Source: Candidatus Poribacteria bacterium (GTDB taxonomy: Bacteria; Poribacteria; WGA-4E; WGA-3G). From it: 64,000 nt of DNA. A program made the translations under genes and the position numbers. Below, piece by piece: positions 40,713 through 51,507 of this stretch. The stretch lies in assembly GCA_965198235.1 (NCBI GenBank), contig OZ240248.1, positions 2,464,001 to 2,528,000 of the forward strand, given 5' to 3'. The first letter of the stretch is position 1, and every line of letters starts with the position of its first letter. The notes beneath the pieces are model-generated. The model ran no database searches. It had not been told where the DNA came from and was given only the letters and a program-made list of their open reading frames with translations.

Positions 40713-43046
40713 TTAAAACCGATTGTCCAAACTCAGACTCACATTGAAACCTGGGGCGTTTACACCCGTACCGTGTGGACGATACCGTCGATCAAGCAGG
40801 TTTTCGAGTGATAGCGTCAAGTGTGTGTAATCGAAGAGTTTAATCCCGCCACGAACGTTGAGGGTCCACCACCCTGGGGTCCCGGCATCTACTGCATAGC
40901 CATTGGAATCGAATTCAACTTCGGCTGGATCGCGTGTTTTTCCGGGCATCCGTGGGTCGCGGATATCGCTTCGGTTCATTCGTCTCTGTTCTGCTGCAGC
41001 ACGCACATAGAGGGTCGCCCAATACTGTGTATTCAACGGTTCCCACTGAACCCCAACGATCCCGTTCAATGGAGGCTCCCTACGAACACGTGCTTCCCAA
41101 GGCTTCTTCGGATCTGGTGCTTTGCCACCAATTTTGAGGACTTCCCCACGTATCACTGCTGCATTACCGTAGACCGACCAGACGGGGGCAATCGGGATCA
41201 ACCCAGCTAATTCAACTCCCTGAAACTGTGCTTCATCAACATTGTCAAAAACGAGTACGTCAATCCCCTCGTATTCTTTGATAAGATCTTTATGGAGTTG
41301 CGGTAGTGTTTCACCTTTGTATGCCTCTTGAACGGGTTTGCGCGCAACTAAACCGCTAACCCGGCTGTGGAATAGGGTTAGAGCACCACGGAAGTAGGAG
41401 TGCTTCGCCTTGAGACCGCTCTCAACTGTCCACGAAGTTTCCGGTCTAAGATCTGGACTCGGTGCTGTGACACCCTCATTGGTGACTTCCACCGCTGTTG
41501 TATCGTTCAACGAAGGCGCACGAAATGCTGTTCCAAAGGTGCTTACGAAGTTCAGGTACTCTGTCAAACCGACCACCACTCCGGCACTTCCGGTCAAACT
41601 GTTGTCGAATACATTGAACGCATCAAAAGCCTTATCTCGGATAGAGAGGTCTGCATTGGTCTGATAAAACGTAGCGCGTCCGCCGAGTGTGAGTTCGACA
41701 CGGTCGTGTACCCTAATTTCATCTTGAAGATACAGACTTGCATCCCAGAACTGAGAACCGTTAATGAAACGTCCAAGGTTTTCGTTAATATCTTCTTTGC
41801 CCGTTTTGATATCCGTTTTGACGGTACGACTCTGAATCATGTCCAAGTAGAATTCACCGCCGCCGACCAAGCGTTGTCGAGGCAGGATTGAACTGACCGC
41901 TTGCGCGCTTAAGCCGATGGTGTTAACCGTGTCATATCGCTGTCGTCGAGACGTTGCGTCCAGTTTCACCTCATTTCGTCCCTCTTTTTGGCGGTGATAA
42001 GAGGCTGTCAGACGGAACGAGTCGATACTTCCCTCTACTGGAGTTACTAAATAATTGGCATAGATGAGATCACGGTTTTGCGGCTCAAAAAAGAATTCAT
42101 CAAACTCCTGTGGTGCGATTTTATCGTAGCGCGGTGTTTGCGGCTGCTTCCACATCTGGTAGGCAACGTTGATCGTGCTTGTGTCGCTGAGTTGATACGC
42201 AATCTTTGCATCGGCATCGTAGGCTTTCCAACCCAGCGGACCTTCGGTGTCAATGAGCCATCTCTTAGGGATATTATCTTTTGACAGTTTACTGATCTCA
42301 TCATAGTCATAGAGCTTCACACCGCCTGGCATTTCGTTCACGATTTCAAATTTCCGGTTTTTGTAGTGAAGATCGTACCCGCTGCCAGGGTTCATATCCC
42401 CATAGAATCGCACGCCACCGCCAGCAATGAATCCAAATTGCCCCTTATTTCCTGTTACCTCCAACCGACCGAGTCGTTCCTGTGTAGCTGTCGTGTAGCG
42501 GGCAAAGAGTCGCGGGTGGACATCCCAAGTTTGCTGTGCTGGATTGAGTGGTACCGCTTTCGTAAAGAAACTAACGACACCCCCCATAGCACCGCTTCCA
42601 TATAGCATGGAGCTTGAACCAAGTAACACCTCTGCTCGATCTAAAATTTCTGGTCCGATGGTTGCCGTGTACTGATTTGGCCCTGAACGAAATGTTGAAT
42701 TGTTCAGACGGACCCAGTCGACTTGTATCAACGTCTGGTAACCCGTTAAGCCTCGGAGTAGCGGTGAGCCTTGTCCGACTGTCGTCTGCTGTGCGCTAAC
42801 GCCGACGACATCACGAAGTAGGTTGGACCCGTGCTCTGCGTTGGTCCGTTCCAATTGTTTTAGATTAAGAACAGTAATGGCGTTAGGCGTTTTGAAAGGC
42901 TCTTTCTCTGCACGCGTTGCTGTTACCGTGACCTCCTCCACTTCTGCAACATTTTCGTCGCAGTCCTTCTCGGCGTGCGCGTGGGGAATCCAACTCAATG
43001 ATAGACTTAGATTTATGATTAGAAAAAGATAAAGCGATTTTTGCAT
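40713..43046 (-). CDS. TonB-dependent receptor
   Basis: Signal peptide, EEVTVTATR box, plug domain, FRAPSL, ENLLDRRY, terminal Phe. Confidence 0.92.
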   Translation of the reverse strand: MQKSLYLFLIINLSLSLSWIPHAHAEKDCDENVAEVEEVTVTATRAEKEPFKTPNAITVLNLKQLERTNAEHGSNLLRDVVGVSAQQTTVGQGSPLLRGLTGYQTLIQVDWVRLNNSTFRSGPNQYTATIGPEILDRAEVLLGSSSMLYGSGAMGGVVSFFTKAVPLNPAQQTWDVHPRLFARYTTATQERLGRLEVTGNKGQFGFIAGGGVRFYGDMNPGSGYDLHYKNRKFEIVNEMPGGVKLYDYDEISKLSKDNIPKRWLIDTEGPLGWKAYDADAKIAYQLSDTSTINVAYQMWKQPQTPRYDKIAPQEFDEFFFEPQNRDLIYANYLVTPVEGSIDSFRLTASYHRQKEGRNEVKLDATSRRQRYDTVNTIGLSAQAVSSILPRQRLVGGGEFYLDMIQSRTVKTDIKTGKEDINENLGRFINGSQFWDASLYLQDEIRVHDRVELTLGGRATFYQTNADLSIRDKAFDAFNVFDNSLTGSAGVVVGLTEYLNFVSTFGTAFRAPSLNDTTAVEVTNEGVTAPSPDLRPETSWTVESGLKAKHSYFRGALTLFHSRVSGLVARKPVQEAYKGETLPQLHKDLIKEYEGIDVLVFDNVDEAQFQGVELAGLIPIAPVWSVYGNAAVIRGEVLKIGGKAPDPKKPWEARVRREPPLNGIVGVQWEPLNTQYWATLYVRAAAEQRRMNRSDIRDPRMPGKTRDPAEVEFDSNGYAVDAGTPGWWTLNVRGGIKLFDYTHLTLSLENLLDRRYRPHGTGVNAPGFNVSLSLDNRF

Positions 43047-43085
43047 GGTAGCGTCCTCCTGTGCTTTACTTCTTGCAAAACTTCT

Positions 43086-43101
43086 TGCAAATTGTATGCC
43101 A
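43086..43101 (-). promoter_or_regulatory. Sigma-54 (-24/-12) promoter for the TonB receptor
   Basis: TGGCAT-ACAAT-TTGCA, 40 bp before the ATG. Confidence 0.65.
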
Positions 43102-43417
43102 TTCGTAATTTCGCATAAAATAGGCGAATTTCGACCCATTTCTGTCATAATTTGTGCTATGTTGTTCATTTATTAAACACTTTTTTAATTTTCCTTGCGG
43201 TTTGGTGAAGTGGGTTTGATAAATGATGTTCCTCTCCGTAGATGCTTCGCAGTGAGAACCGGCGCGATGCTTGGGCTTGCGCTATCTTTTCAAAGAATTC
43301 GCTTGAGTTTTTGTTGCAAGTTGTGATAAGTTACACCTTAAGGTTAAACCGCAAGCGATAACAGCGTCAGAAGTACGAACGTAGTGGAAAGCAGCCCAGG
43401 AGGCCATAAATTAAAAT

Positions 43418-44419
43418 ATGTCGAAACAGAAATTAAACTTCGCATTCATCGGGTGTGGCGGCAATGCACGTGGGCACGGACGCAGTGTCTCAAGTGTCGA
43501 AGATGTAGAGATTGTTGCGCTCGCCGATCCAAGTGAAGCTTCGCTTGATGCGTTCAAAGAGACCGTCGGTTTAGACGATTCACTTCCTACTTACGTAGAT
43601 CACGTTGAGATGTTAGATGCTGTCAAACCGGATGCCGTCGTTATTAGTTCACCGCATGGACTTCACTTCCAACATATTATGGACGCACTTGACGCAGGAT
43701 GCCACGTCCATACCGAGAAACCGATGGTCTGCACGGTAGACCATGCCAAGCAGGTGATTGCGAAGGTAGAAGAGACCGGTTTGCACCTGATGATAGGTTA
43801 CCAACGGCATTTGAGCCCTACCTATCAATACTGTCGCCAAGTGGTACAGAGTGGTGAACTCGGGCGCGTTAACTTCGTCACCGCGCATCAGTCGCAGAAT
43901 TGGTATCGGAATCAGCAGGGTAAATGGCGACAAGACCCGTTTCTCGGTGGCGGTGGACAGCTGAACGACTCAGGGAGCCACCTGATTGACATTCTCCTTT
44001 GGGTGTTGGAAGCGAGTCCCGACACCGTTTTCGCGATGATAGATAACTTGGACATTGAGGTGGATGTGCTCACTGCGATGTCGATTAAGTTTGATACCGG
44101 TGCCTTGTGCAATATCAGCATTGTCGGGCATGCTTATGGCGGCGTTCGAGAAGATTTTTCTATCTGGCTTGAAGAGGGCGCGCTTTATATCCGCGCAGGT
44201 CAGCTCTACCGCCAAGAACGGGACGGGCAGTCAGAACTTGTTGATGAATCTGAAATGCCGGAGCAGGCAAACAAGGATGTCGCTTTTATTGAGATTATCC
44301 GAGGTGAACGGACAGAGAACCCGATCGGTGTTGAAAACGGTTTGCGTGTCATCCAATTGACCGAAGCTGCATGGCAATCTGCCGAACTCGGCAGACCTGT
44401 CAAGGTCGATCTGAGTTGA
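43418..44419 (+). CDS. Gfo/Idh/MocA oxidoreductase
   Basis: IGCGGNA, EKPM, GGGQLNDSGSHLID. Confidence 0.9.
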   Translation: MSKQKLNFAFIGCGGNARGHGRSVSSVEDVEIVALADPSEASLDAFKETVGLDDSLPTYVDHVEMLDAVKPDAVVISSPHGLHFQHIMDALDAGCHVHTEKPMVCTVDHAKQVIAKVEETGLHLMIGYQRHLSPTYQYCRQVVQSGELGRVNFVTAHQSQNWYRNQQGKWRQDPFLGGGGQLNDSGSHLIDILLWVLEASPDTVFAMIDNLDIEVDVLTAMSIKFDTGALCNISIVGHAYGGVREDFSIWLEEGALYIRAGQLYRQERDGQSELVDESEMPEQANKDVAFIEIIRGERTENPIGVENGLRVIQLTEAAWQSAELGRPVKVDLS

Positions 44420-44488
44420 CATGCTGCTGTTCTGTGAGGTAGGATAAAGTAGATGGAGTTCTACCTCAGTAATCCGTTAGAGGCACAC

Positions 44489-44734
44489 ATGAATCGAAGA
44501 GATGCTTTGTTTGAAAAAGCGCAGCGGAACCCAAACGGATTAAAATTTAACATGTTTGAGCGACTCATGCGTCAATGTGGATGGACGCAACGTCGTCAGC
44601 GCGGAAGTCATCGGGTTTGGTATTCACCTAACGGATACAGACTTATTGTTCAATCCAATAGATCCATAGCAAAGGGGTACCGAGTCCGGCAATTTCTCAC
44701 GCAATATAATCAGGAAACAGAAAATGAAGAATAG
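44489..44734 (+). CDS. hicA: HicA toxin
   Basis: CGW...RQRGSHRVW. Confidence 0.8.
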   Translation: MNRRDALFEKAQRNPNGLKFNMFERLMRQCGWTQRRQRGSHRVWYSPNGYRLIVQSNRSIAKGYRVRQFLTQYNQETENEE

Positions 44735-45080
44735 CCACGACGACTTTGACGGATTCACCGTCAAGATGTTCCTTGATGAAGATGGTGATTATCTCGCACA
44801 TTTCATTGAACTTCCAAATGTTTCGGCTTTCGCACCGACTCCCGCCGAGACGTTGGTAGAATTGAAGACAGCGTGGGAATTGATGAAAGAATGCTATCGA
44901 GAGGATAATATTTCTGTCCCAAAAGCCCCGGCGCGGGAATTAAATGAAGCATCGTTCAACGTCTCCATTGATCCACAACTTCATCACTACTTAGCAGATG
45001 AAGCTGCAAAAGCAGGGATGAGTCTGTCTGCCTTTGTCGCTCAAAAATTGGCACGGACAACAGGTTTTGACATCGGATAA
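44724..45080 (+). CDS. hicB: HicB antitoxin
   Basis: YLAHFIELP.VSAFA.TP.E; C-terminal RHH (FNVSIDPQLH..L..EA...GMSL). Confidence 0.85.
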   Translation: MKNSHDDFDGFTVKMFLDEDGDYLAHFIELPNVSAFAPTPAETLVELKTAWELMKECYREDNISVPKAPARELNEASFNVSIDPQLHHYLADEAAKAGMSLSAFVAQKLARTTGFDIG

Positions 45081-45098
45081 AAATCAGATCACCGGAGA

Positions 45099-45866
45099 GT
45101 GTTAATGCTTGAGGTCCAAAACCTGTGCAAATCCTTTGACAAGAAACCCTTTCTTACAAAACTTACGTTTCAGGTGGCAGCCGGGGAGTGCCTCGTTCTA
45201 CTCGGTAAGAATGGTGCAGGCAAAACGCTCCTCCTCAATATTTTGGCGACCTTAGTTGAACCCACGTCAGGGAGCGTCTCTATTGATGGCATTGATGCGT
45301 TTGCAAACCTGAAACAGGTGCGTCCAAGCATAGGGTATGTCTCCGTTGCGTTTGAAGGGTATCCTGAGTTGTCCGTTGTAAATTACCTCAATTTTTTTGC
45401 CGCTGCATACAAATTAGAGAAAAAGGGGCGTGTGGGAGCAATCAATACCGTCCTTGAATTAATGGACATCCAGCACCTACGTGAGGTCAAAATTGGTGCG
45501 CTATCAGCAGGGGAACAGCATCGACTTTTATTCGCCAAAACTTTTCTACACGAACCACAGTTATGGTTGCTTGACGAACCGCTCACACCACTCGATCCGA
45601 GTGGACAGGTCGAGATGACGGAGTTGCTCGGTGAACTCCAAGCGATGGGAAAAACTGTCGTAATGGCTACCAATCGTCTTGAGGATGTCCATCGGTTGTA
45701 TAGTTCTGATTCGCACGTCGAAAACCTCGTTGGGATCTTGAACAATGGTCAATTCGCTGTCTTCAATACCTTTGGCAAGTTACGGCAGGAAGTTGCAGAA
45801 GTTGATAATACAGAAGTCCCTTCACCAAGTTGGTTAAATGAACTTTTCGCACAGCTTACAAACTAA
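45099..45866 (+). CDS. ABC ATP-binding protein with degenerate motifs
   Basis: GKNGAGKT, LSAGE, LLDEP; the H-loop reads ATN. Confidence 0.8.
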   Translation: MLMLEVQNLCKSFDKKPFLTKLTFQVAAGECLVLLGKNGAGKTLLLNILATLVEPTSGSVSIDGIDAFANLKQVRPSIGYVSVAFEGYPELSVVNYLNFFAAAYKLEKKGRVGAINTVLELMDIQHLREVKIGALSAGEQHRLLFAKTFLHEPQLWLLDEPLTPLDPSGQVEMTELLGELQAMGKTVVMATNRLEDVHRLYSSDSHVENLVGILNNGQFAVFNTFGKLRQEVAEVDNTEVPSPSWLNELFAQLTN

Positions 45867-45904
45867 AAATTGCGCTACAAAAGTCTGGAGGTTACAAAAA
45901 CATA

Positions 45905-46678
45905 ATGTCAGATATCGGAAAATTCTTTCAGGAAAACGGATACTATTTCGCCAAAGGTGTCTATTCGTCCGAAGAAATCAATGCGATGGAGAATGACTTT
46001 GATCGGGTCGTGGATCAACTCCTCAAAAGCGATGAAAACGTCAACGCGCGCTGGGGTGGCAGATTGATGGATGCCCTTGATGGTGGCGAATCTATTATCA
46101 TCCATACCCACAATATTCAAAGTTTCTCTGCTGTCTGGATGCAGGCATTCTTGCAGAAAAAGTTTCTTGATGTTACCGAAGCCCTCATCGGACCGGATAT
46201 TATGCTCCATCATTCCAAACTTTTCTGCAAACCACCGGAGCAAGGTGCCCCCTTCCCGATGCACCAAGATTGGCAGTATTTTCCGTCTGTCAAAGACAGC
46301 ATGATAGCTGCTATTGTCTATGTCTCAGAGGCTACGGATGAAATGGGGTGTGTCCGCGTCTACCCGGGTTCTCACAAGCAGCTCGGACGCACAGATGGTA
46401 TGATGGGAAGCGGAAAGAACGTTGAAATTACCGAGCGATATCCGATTGAAGAAGCGACCGTTTTAGAGGCGGAACCCGGCGATGTGCTTTTCTTTAGTTA
46501 CTTCACCCTGCACGGTTCGATGCCAAACCGCTCAAACCAAACGCGAAAGAGCGTCCTCGTTCAGATGCATGCCGGTGATGATGAGATCGAAGCCGAAAAT
46601 CGCCACACCAACGTCCAATTGGTGCTGCGTGGCTGGAACCATCTCGCAACCCGTTCCTCTGTTGGCGGGATTAGATGA
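45905..46678 (+). CDS. PhyH-family dioxygenase
   Basis: HQD, PGSH, LHGS.PN.S...R. Confidence 0.9.
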   Translation: MSDIGKFFQENGYYFAKGVYSSEEINAMENDFDRVVDQLLKSDENVNARWGGRLMDALDGGESIIIHTHNIQSFSAVWMQAFLQKKFLDVTEALIGPDIMLHHSKLFCKPPEQGAPFPMHQDWQYFPSVKDSMIAAIVYVSEATDEMGCVRVYPGSHKQLGRTDGMMGSGKNVEITERYPIEEATVLEAEPGDVLFFSYFTLHGSMPNRSNQTRKSVLVQMHAGDDEIEAENRHTNVQLVLRGWNHLATRSSVGGIR

Positions 46679-46938
46679 GGGTCACATAATCCTTGGTTTG
46701 TAGTAGCGCAATTCATTGCGCGTCTGTGGGCTTTGACGGGTTTCCCTACTACGAAACTTAAGCACGTATCCAGGGTGCCTTAAAAAATCTACTTCATTTA
46801 GATTGTGTTCTTTACGTGGTGTGATTTCTTAGATTGCGTCTGGTATCCCGCAAACTCTCACTGCGAGGCAAGTTTGGGGTACAAAGCACAGCGAGTAATG
46901 AACCACCCGCAATTAGATAATAACTTAAGGAGAATTAA

Positions 46939-47934
46939 ATGATTAGAGTCGCAAAGCTCAGTATGGCGCATGTCCACGCCGGTGGCTATGCTCGAAGAAT
47001 CCATGAAAACCCTGAAACCGAACTTGTTGCTGTCTGGGACGAAGAGGAATACGGTGGAAGAGCAGCAGCAGAACAGTACGAAGTCCCTTTCTACACAGAT
47101 CTCGATGAAGTCCTCAGCCGCGATGATGTGGATGCAGTCTCTGTTGACGCGATCACGTCCGACCATCCCCGTGTAATAATCGCCGCCGCTGAAGCCGGGA
47201 AACATATCTTCACAGAGAAGGCACTCGCTATTACCGTCGCGGGGTGCGATCCAATTATTGATGCCGTCGAGAAAGCGGGTGTAAAGTTCATGATTTCGCT
47301 GCCTTCGCGTTGCAATCCAGAAATCCTGTTTGCGAAAAAGGCGATTGATGACGGACTGATTGGTGACATAACGTTCGGGAGGGGACGGATTGCGCATTCC
47401 GCCGCATTGGATAGTTGGTTCAGTGGAACGAGCGCGTGGTTTGCAGATCCAGAACGCGCCGGTGGCGGTGCCCTTTTTGACTTGGGGTGTCACCGTGTTG
47501 ATGTTATTCGGTGGTTGATGGGTGAACCGAAGAGTGCTATCGCTAAGATTAACAACTTTACCGGCAACTTCCCGATTGATGACAACAGCGTTTCCGTCGT
47601 TGAATTCGCAAACAAAGCACTCGGCGTGATTGATGTCGCTTGGACGCACCGTTCCGGTCCGAACCTGCTTGAAATCTACGGTACGGAAGGCTCGTTCGCC
47701 GCAGGACACGGCGAGATGCATTTTGAAACCCGTAAACTTTCTGATGAGGAGAAGGCGGCATACATCGCCAACGCTCCCGCGGCACCACCTGAACCGATGC
47801 AACAGTGGATTAACGCTATCCTTCGTGATGAACCGATGACCATTACTATCCAAGATGGACGGAACCTCACAGAGTTGATGCAAGCGTTCTATATATCCTC
47901 TGAACAGGGACAGTCAATTGATTTTCCTCTTTAA
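46939..47934 (+). CDS. Gfo/Idh/MocA oxidoreductase
   Basis: GKHIFTEK, GGGALFDLGCH, EIYGTEG. Confidence 0.88.
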   Translation: MIRVAKLSMAHVHAGGYARRIHENPETELVAVWDEEEYGGRAAAEQYEVPFYTDLDEVLSRDDVDAVSVDAITSDHPRVIIAAAEAGKHIFTEKALAITVAGCDPIIDAVEKAGVKFMISLPSRCNPEILFAKKAIDDGLIGDITFGRGRIAHSAALDSWFSGTSAWFADPERAGGGALFDLGCHRVDVIRWLMGEPKSAIAKINNFTGNFPIDDNSVSVVEFANKALGVIDVAWTHRSGPNLLEIYGTEGSFAAGHGEMHFETRKLSDEEKAAYIANAPAAPPEPMQQWINAILRDEPMTITIQDGRNLTELMQAFYISSEQGQSIDFPL

Positions 47935-47981
47935 AAAAACGGTTTGTAGGAGCGACCTCCTGGTCGCGATAGAGGTGTATT

Positions 47982-50477
47982 ATGCAAGACTACCAACCAA
48001 TTTCACTTTCCGCTTTGTGCAATGTCGGTCCAGAAATTATCGGTGAGAACGCAACGCCGAACCTCGGAGCACAGACGTTCCACGGGCTACCTTTCGACAT
48101 CGCTGAAGGCACATCCTGTTTCTTAGGCTTCGGTGAAAACGTTAACACCGAACCTATCCAAGTTCCTGTCGGTGCAAGTCCGAAGCGGGTTATTTTTGTG
48201 CATCGTCTGCTTGAGACCCGCATCCCTGAAGGCGAACCGATCGGCAGGCTGATTGCCAATTACGTTTTCCATTACACTGATGGTGAAACGGTGAGTGTGC
48301 CGATTCGCGAACGCTTCGAGATCGGAGGTGTGCCGCAAGGATGGGGGCAACAGACGTTCCTCGCTATACCCGACCGGCAGGAAAGTTTATCGCCACGCCA
48401 CGAGGGACCTTGGGGATCCGCTGGCAACCGACAGACGGAAGTGAGCCAAGGGACACCGCACGACTACTATTTGTGGGTGTGGAAGAATCCGAGAGACGGC
48501 GTTGAAGTCGCGTCAATTGAAATTCAACCACAGGAACGACGTTTTATTGTTGCGGCAATCACGCTCGGTTACCTCGACGAAAGTCCGATACCGCGTCGTC
48601 CCCGCCGCGAAGTCAAAATCACGCTTCCCCAATCTGATGATGCCGACAGACCCTTTGATATGGAAGTCGATGTTGACCGTGGCTCAGCAACATATCCGTA
48701 TCCGTTGCCGGAGAACGCTCCCGATGCCTTTATCAACGACGATTTCAAAGGTTGGGGTGAATCCCAAAACAACAAAAGCAGTCCTGTGTACGTTGAAGTA
48801 TCTGCTACTCCCTCCGCAAGTGTTGAGGTCAAGAACCACGGCGAAACGCTCGGCACTGTCAACTGGGGAGAGGTCCAAAAAAAGGGTGTCGTTCAACCCA
48901 ACGAACGGGTTAAGATAGAGGTCATTGACAGTGGCAGAAACTGGGTGCATACCACCGTGATTGACGAGGAAACGAACAGACCAGTGCCGTGTCGTGTCCA
49001 TTTCCGTTCCCCGCACGGGGTGCCGTACGCGCCGCACGGGCACCATGCCCACGTCAATTCAAACATGGGGACATGGCACGTAGATGTCGGTGGTGATGTG
49101 CGACTCGGACAGATTAGTTACGCCTACATTGACGGTACGTGTCAAGGGTGGCTGCCTCGCGGAGACGTTATCGTCGATGTTGCCCGCGGCTTTGAATATA
49201 CGCCTTTACGTACCACCGTTAACATAAAGCCGGGGCAGCGTGAGTTGACGCTGCGCTTAAAGCGGTGGTGCGATATGAACGCCGAACGCTATTTCAGCGG
49301 CGATACACACGTCCATTTCCTCTCTACACAGGGCGCGCATACCGAAGCACAAGGCGAAGATCTCGGCGTTGTCAATCTTCTCCTCTCGCAATGGGGGCAT
49401 CTTTTCACAAATACAGAAGAGTTCATCGGGAGACCCACAACTTCTGCTGATGGACGGAGCATTGTCTATGCGACACAGGAGAATCGTCAGCATCTCCTCG
49501 GTCATCTCACACTGCTTGGCTTAAAGGAGCAGGTCGCGCCGTGGTGTTCAGATGGTCCCGGAGAAGCCGAACTCGGTGGAAATATGGAGGTCACGCTTTC
49601 GCACTGGGCGGATGCGTGCCACGCGCAGGGTGGCACTGTTGTTTTGCCACACATTCCGAATCCGAATTGTGAGCCGGCGACACTCATTGCTACCGGACGT
49701 GTTGACGCTGTTGAATACCTTACCAACGCCATGTATGGACACCTTGAGTACTACCGCTACCTCAACTGCGGCTATAAACTTCCGCTCGTTGGCGGAACGG
49801 ATAAGATGAGTAGCGATGTCCCGGTAGGTGTTTATCGCACCTACGTCCACATCCCCGATAATGAGGAATTCAATTACGATAACTGGTGCAAATACATGAG
49901 TGCCGGAAACACATTCCTCAGCGGTGGTCCCATGATCCGTCTTACAGTTGATGGACAACCGATTGGTAGCACTATCAATCTACCGGGGAACGGTGGCACG
50001 GTTGAGGTAGAAGCCTCCGCAGATTCCATCTTCCCTATCCATACGTTGCAGATTATTCAGGCAGGACACGTCGTTGCTTCCACTGAGGAGAAAGATGGCA
50101 AAGCGCATCTACGCCTGAAAGCGAATCTGAAAGTGGACAAGCATTCGTGGATTGCTGCGCGGTGCGGTGGACCTAACTATGCACAAGCCGTGCCACACCA
50201 CGATGGATGGGGACGCGGCATCATTGCCCACACCTCTCCGGTCTACATTGCAGTCGGCGGCGAGTGGTGGATGTTTGACCCGGAAACGGCGAACTACATG
50301 CTAACCTTGATTGAGGGTGGGTTGTCCTATATTCAACAGACAGCGCGCCATCACGAACACGGGACCGTGACGCACCACCATGGTGAGGATGACCATTTGG
50401 AGTTCCTCTCTCGTCCGTTCCAAGAGGCACGAGAGGCGATTCACCGTCGGATGCATCAATTGGGTATTCCGCATTAA
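47982..50477 (+). CDS. CehA/McbA-family (PHP-like) metallohydrolase
   Basis: SGDTHVH, LGHL, GGTD, AHTSPVY. Confidence 0.75.
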   Translation: MQDYQPISLSALCNVGPEIIGENATPNLGAQTFHGLPFDIAEGTSCFLGFGENVNTEPIQVPVGASPKRVIFVHRLLETRIPEGEPIGRLIANYVFHYTDGETVSVPIRERFEIGGVPQGWGQQTFLAIPDRQESLSPRHEGPWGSAGNRQTEVSQGTPHDYYLWVWKNPRDGVEVASIEIQPQERRFIVAAITLGYLDESPIPRRPRREVKITLPQSDDADRPFDMEVDVDRGSATYPYPLPENAPDAFINDDFKGWGESQNNKSSPVYVEVSATPSASVEVKNHGETLGTVNWGEVQKKGVVQPNERVKIEVIDSGRNWVHTTVIDEETNRPVPCRVHFRSPHGVPYAPHGHHAHVNSNMGTWHVDVGGDVRLGQISYAYIDGTCQGWLPRGDVIVDVARGFEYTPLRTTVNIKPGQRELTLRLKRWCDMNAERYFSGDTHVHFLSTQGAHTEAQGEDLGVVNLLLSQWGHLFTNTEEFIGRPTTSADGRSIVYATQENRQHLLGHLTLLGLKEQVAPWCSDGPGEAELGGNMEVTLSHWADACHAQGGTVVLPHIPNPNCEPATLIATGRVDAVEYLTNAMYGHLEYYRYLNCGYKLPLVGGTDKMSSDVPVGVYRTYVHIPDNEEFNYDNWCKYMSAGNTFLSGGPMIRLTVDGQPIGSTINLPGNGGTVEVEASADSIFPIHTLQIIQAGHVVASTEEKDGKAHLRLKANLKVDKHSWIAARCGGPNYAQAVPHHDGWGRGIIAHTSPVYIAVGGEWWMFDPETANYMLTLIEGGLSYIQQTARHHEHGTVTHHHGEDDHLEFLSRPFQEAREAIHRRMHQLGIPH

Positions 50478-50525
50478 AGGAGTAGGCACACGCCGTGTGC
50501 CGTTAAACACTTGAGGGAGACAAAC

Positions 50526-51500
50526 ATGCCAAAAGAATTAGTCGCGGTTGCCCCTCGGCAGCCCGTCTTGAAAGAATATGAAGATGGTCCCGTTCCCGCG
50601 GATAGCGTCCGAGTTCAGGTCGAATTCGGGGCACCCAAACGCGGCACTGAACTGACAGCGTACTACGGATACGGCGGCGGAAATTTCCCATTGAGACTTG
50701 GGAATATGTGTGTCGGAAAGATCATTGAGATCGGGGACGACGTTGACGGTTTCGCGATTGGAGAACGCGTGGCAAGCCACGGGCACCTCAAGGAGACACA
50801 CACATGGCGCGCAGGGGGTGTCCTCAAGATGCCTGACCAGATGACGTGGAAACAGGCGGTCTGCTACGATCCAGCACACTTCGCAATGTCTGCTATTCGT
50901 GATGGTAAAGTCCGTGTTGGTGAGCGGGTTGCTGTCTTTGGGCTTGGTGCCATTGGGTTGATGACGGTGCAGATGGCACGGATCGCAGGGGCTGACTTTG
51001 TTGCTGCCGTAGACCCGATTGAAAGACGGCGGAAAGTCGCTGAAAAGACGGGAGCGGAACTTGTCATTGACCCAACTGCTTGCAATGTCGGCGAAGTGCT
51101 CAAAGAAGCGACCGGTGGGCTCGGCGTTGACGTGGCTGTAGAAACCAGTGCAATCTACGAAGCACTCGATGATGCCCTTCGTAGCGTCACTTTTGAAGGA
51201 ACAATCGTCTACGCGGGACGAGCGAAAGCCTGTACAGGTGGACTTGACCTCGGGGCTGTCGCGCACGTCAACATTCCGAACATAATCTTTGCACGCGCCA
51301 ACAGTGATCCGAACCGCGATCATCCGCGTTGGAATTTCAAGCGTATTATTGATACCTGTTGGAAGTGGCTTGCTGAAGGACGATTTGAATGTGAAGATGT
51401 TGTTGATCCAGTGGTGCCATTTGAAGATTCAGTCGAAGCCTACATAGAGATGGACAATCACCCTGAGCGGAGCGTCAAATTGGGCATCTCCTTCGGTTGA
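50526..51500 (+). CDS. MDR (zinc alcohol dehydrogenase-like) oxidoreductase
   Basis: GTE, GLGAIG, GVDVAVE. Confidence 0.85.
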   Translation: MPKELVAVAPRQPVLKEYEDGPVPADSVRVQVEFGAPKRGTELTAYYGYGGGNFPLRLGNMCVGKIIEIGDDVDGFAIGERVASHGHLKETHTWRAGGVLKMPDQMTWKQAVCYDPAHFAMSAIRDGKVRVGERVAVFGLGAIGLMTVQMARIAGADFVAAVDPIERRRKVAEKTGAELVIDPTACNVGEVLKEATGGLGVDVAVETSAIYEALDDALRSVTFEGTIVYAGRAKACTGGLDLGAVAHVNIPNIIFARANSDPNRDHPRWNFKRIIDTCWKWLAEGRFECEDVVDPVVPFEDSVEAYIEMDNHPERSVKLGISFG

Positions 51501-51507
51501 GGTTTTT

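Noticed and set aside
43047-43169. N-terminal extension of the TonB receptor
   Set aside because: The AGGAGG RBS, signal peptide and promoter point to ATG 43046
46858-47883. 341 aa minus-strand ORF
   Set aside because: Antisense shadow of the Gfo/Idh/MocA gene, with no recognisable motifs
50538-51323. 261 aa minus-strand ORF
   Set aside because: Antisense shadow of the MDR dehydrogenase
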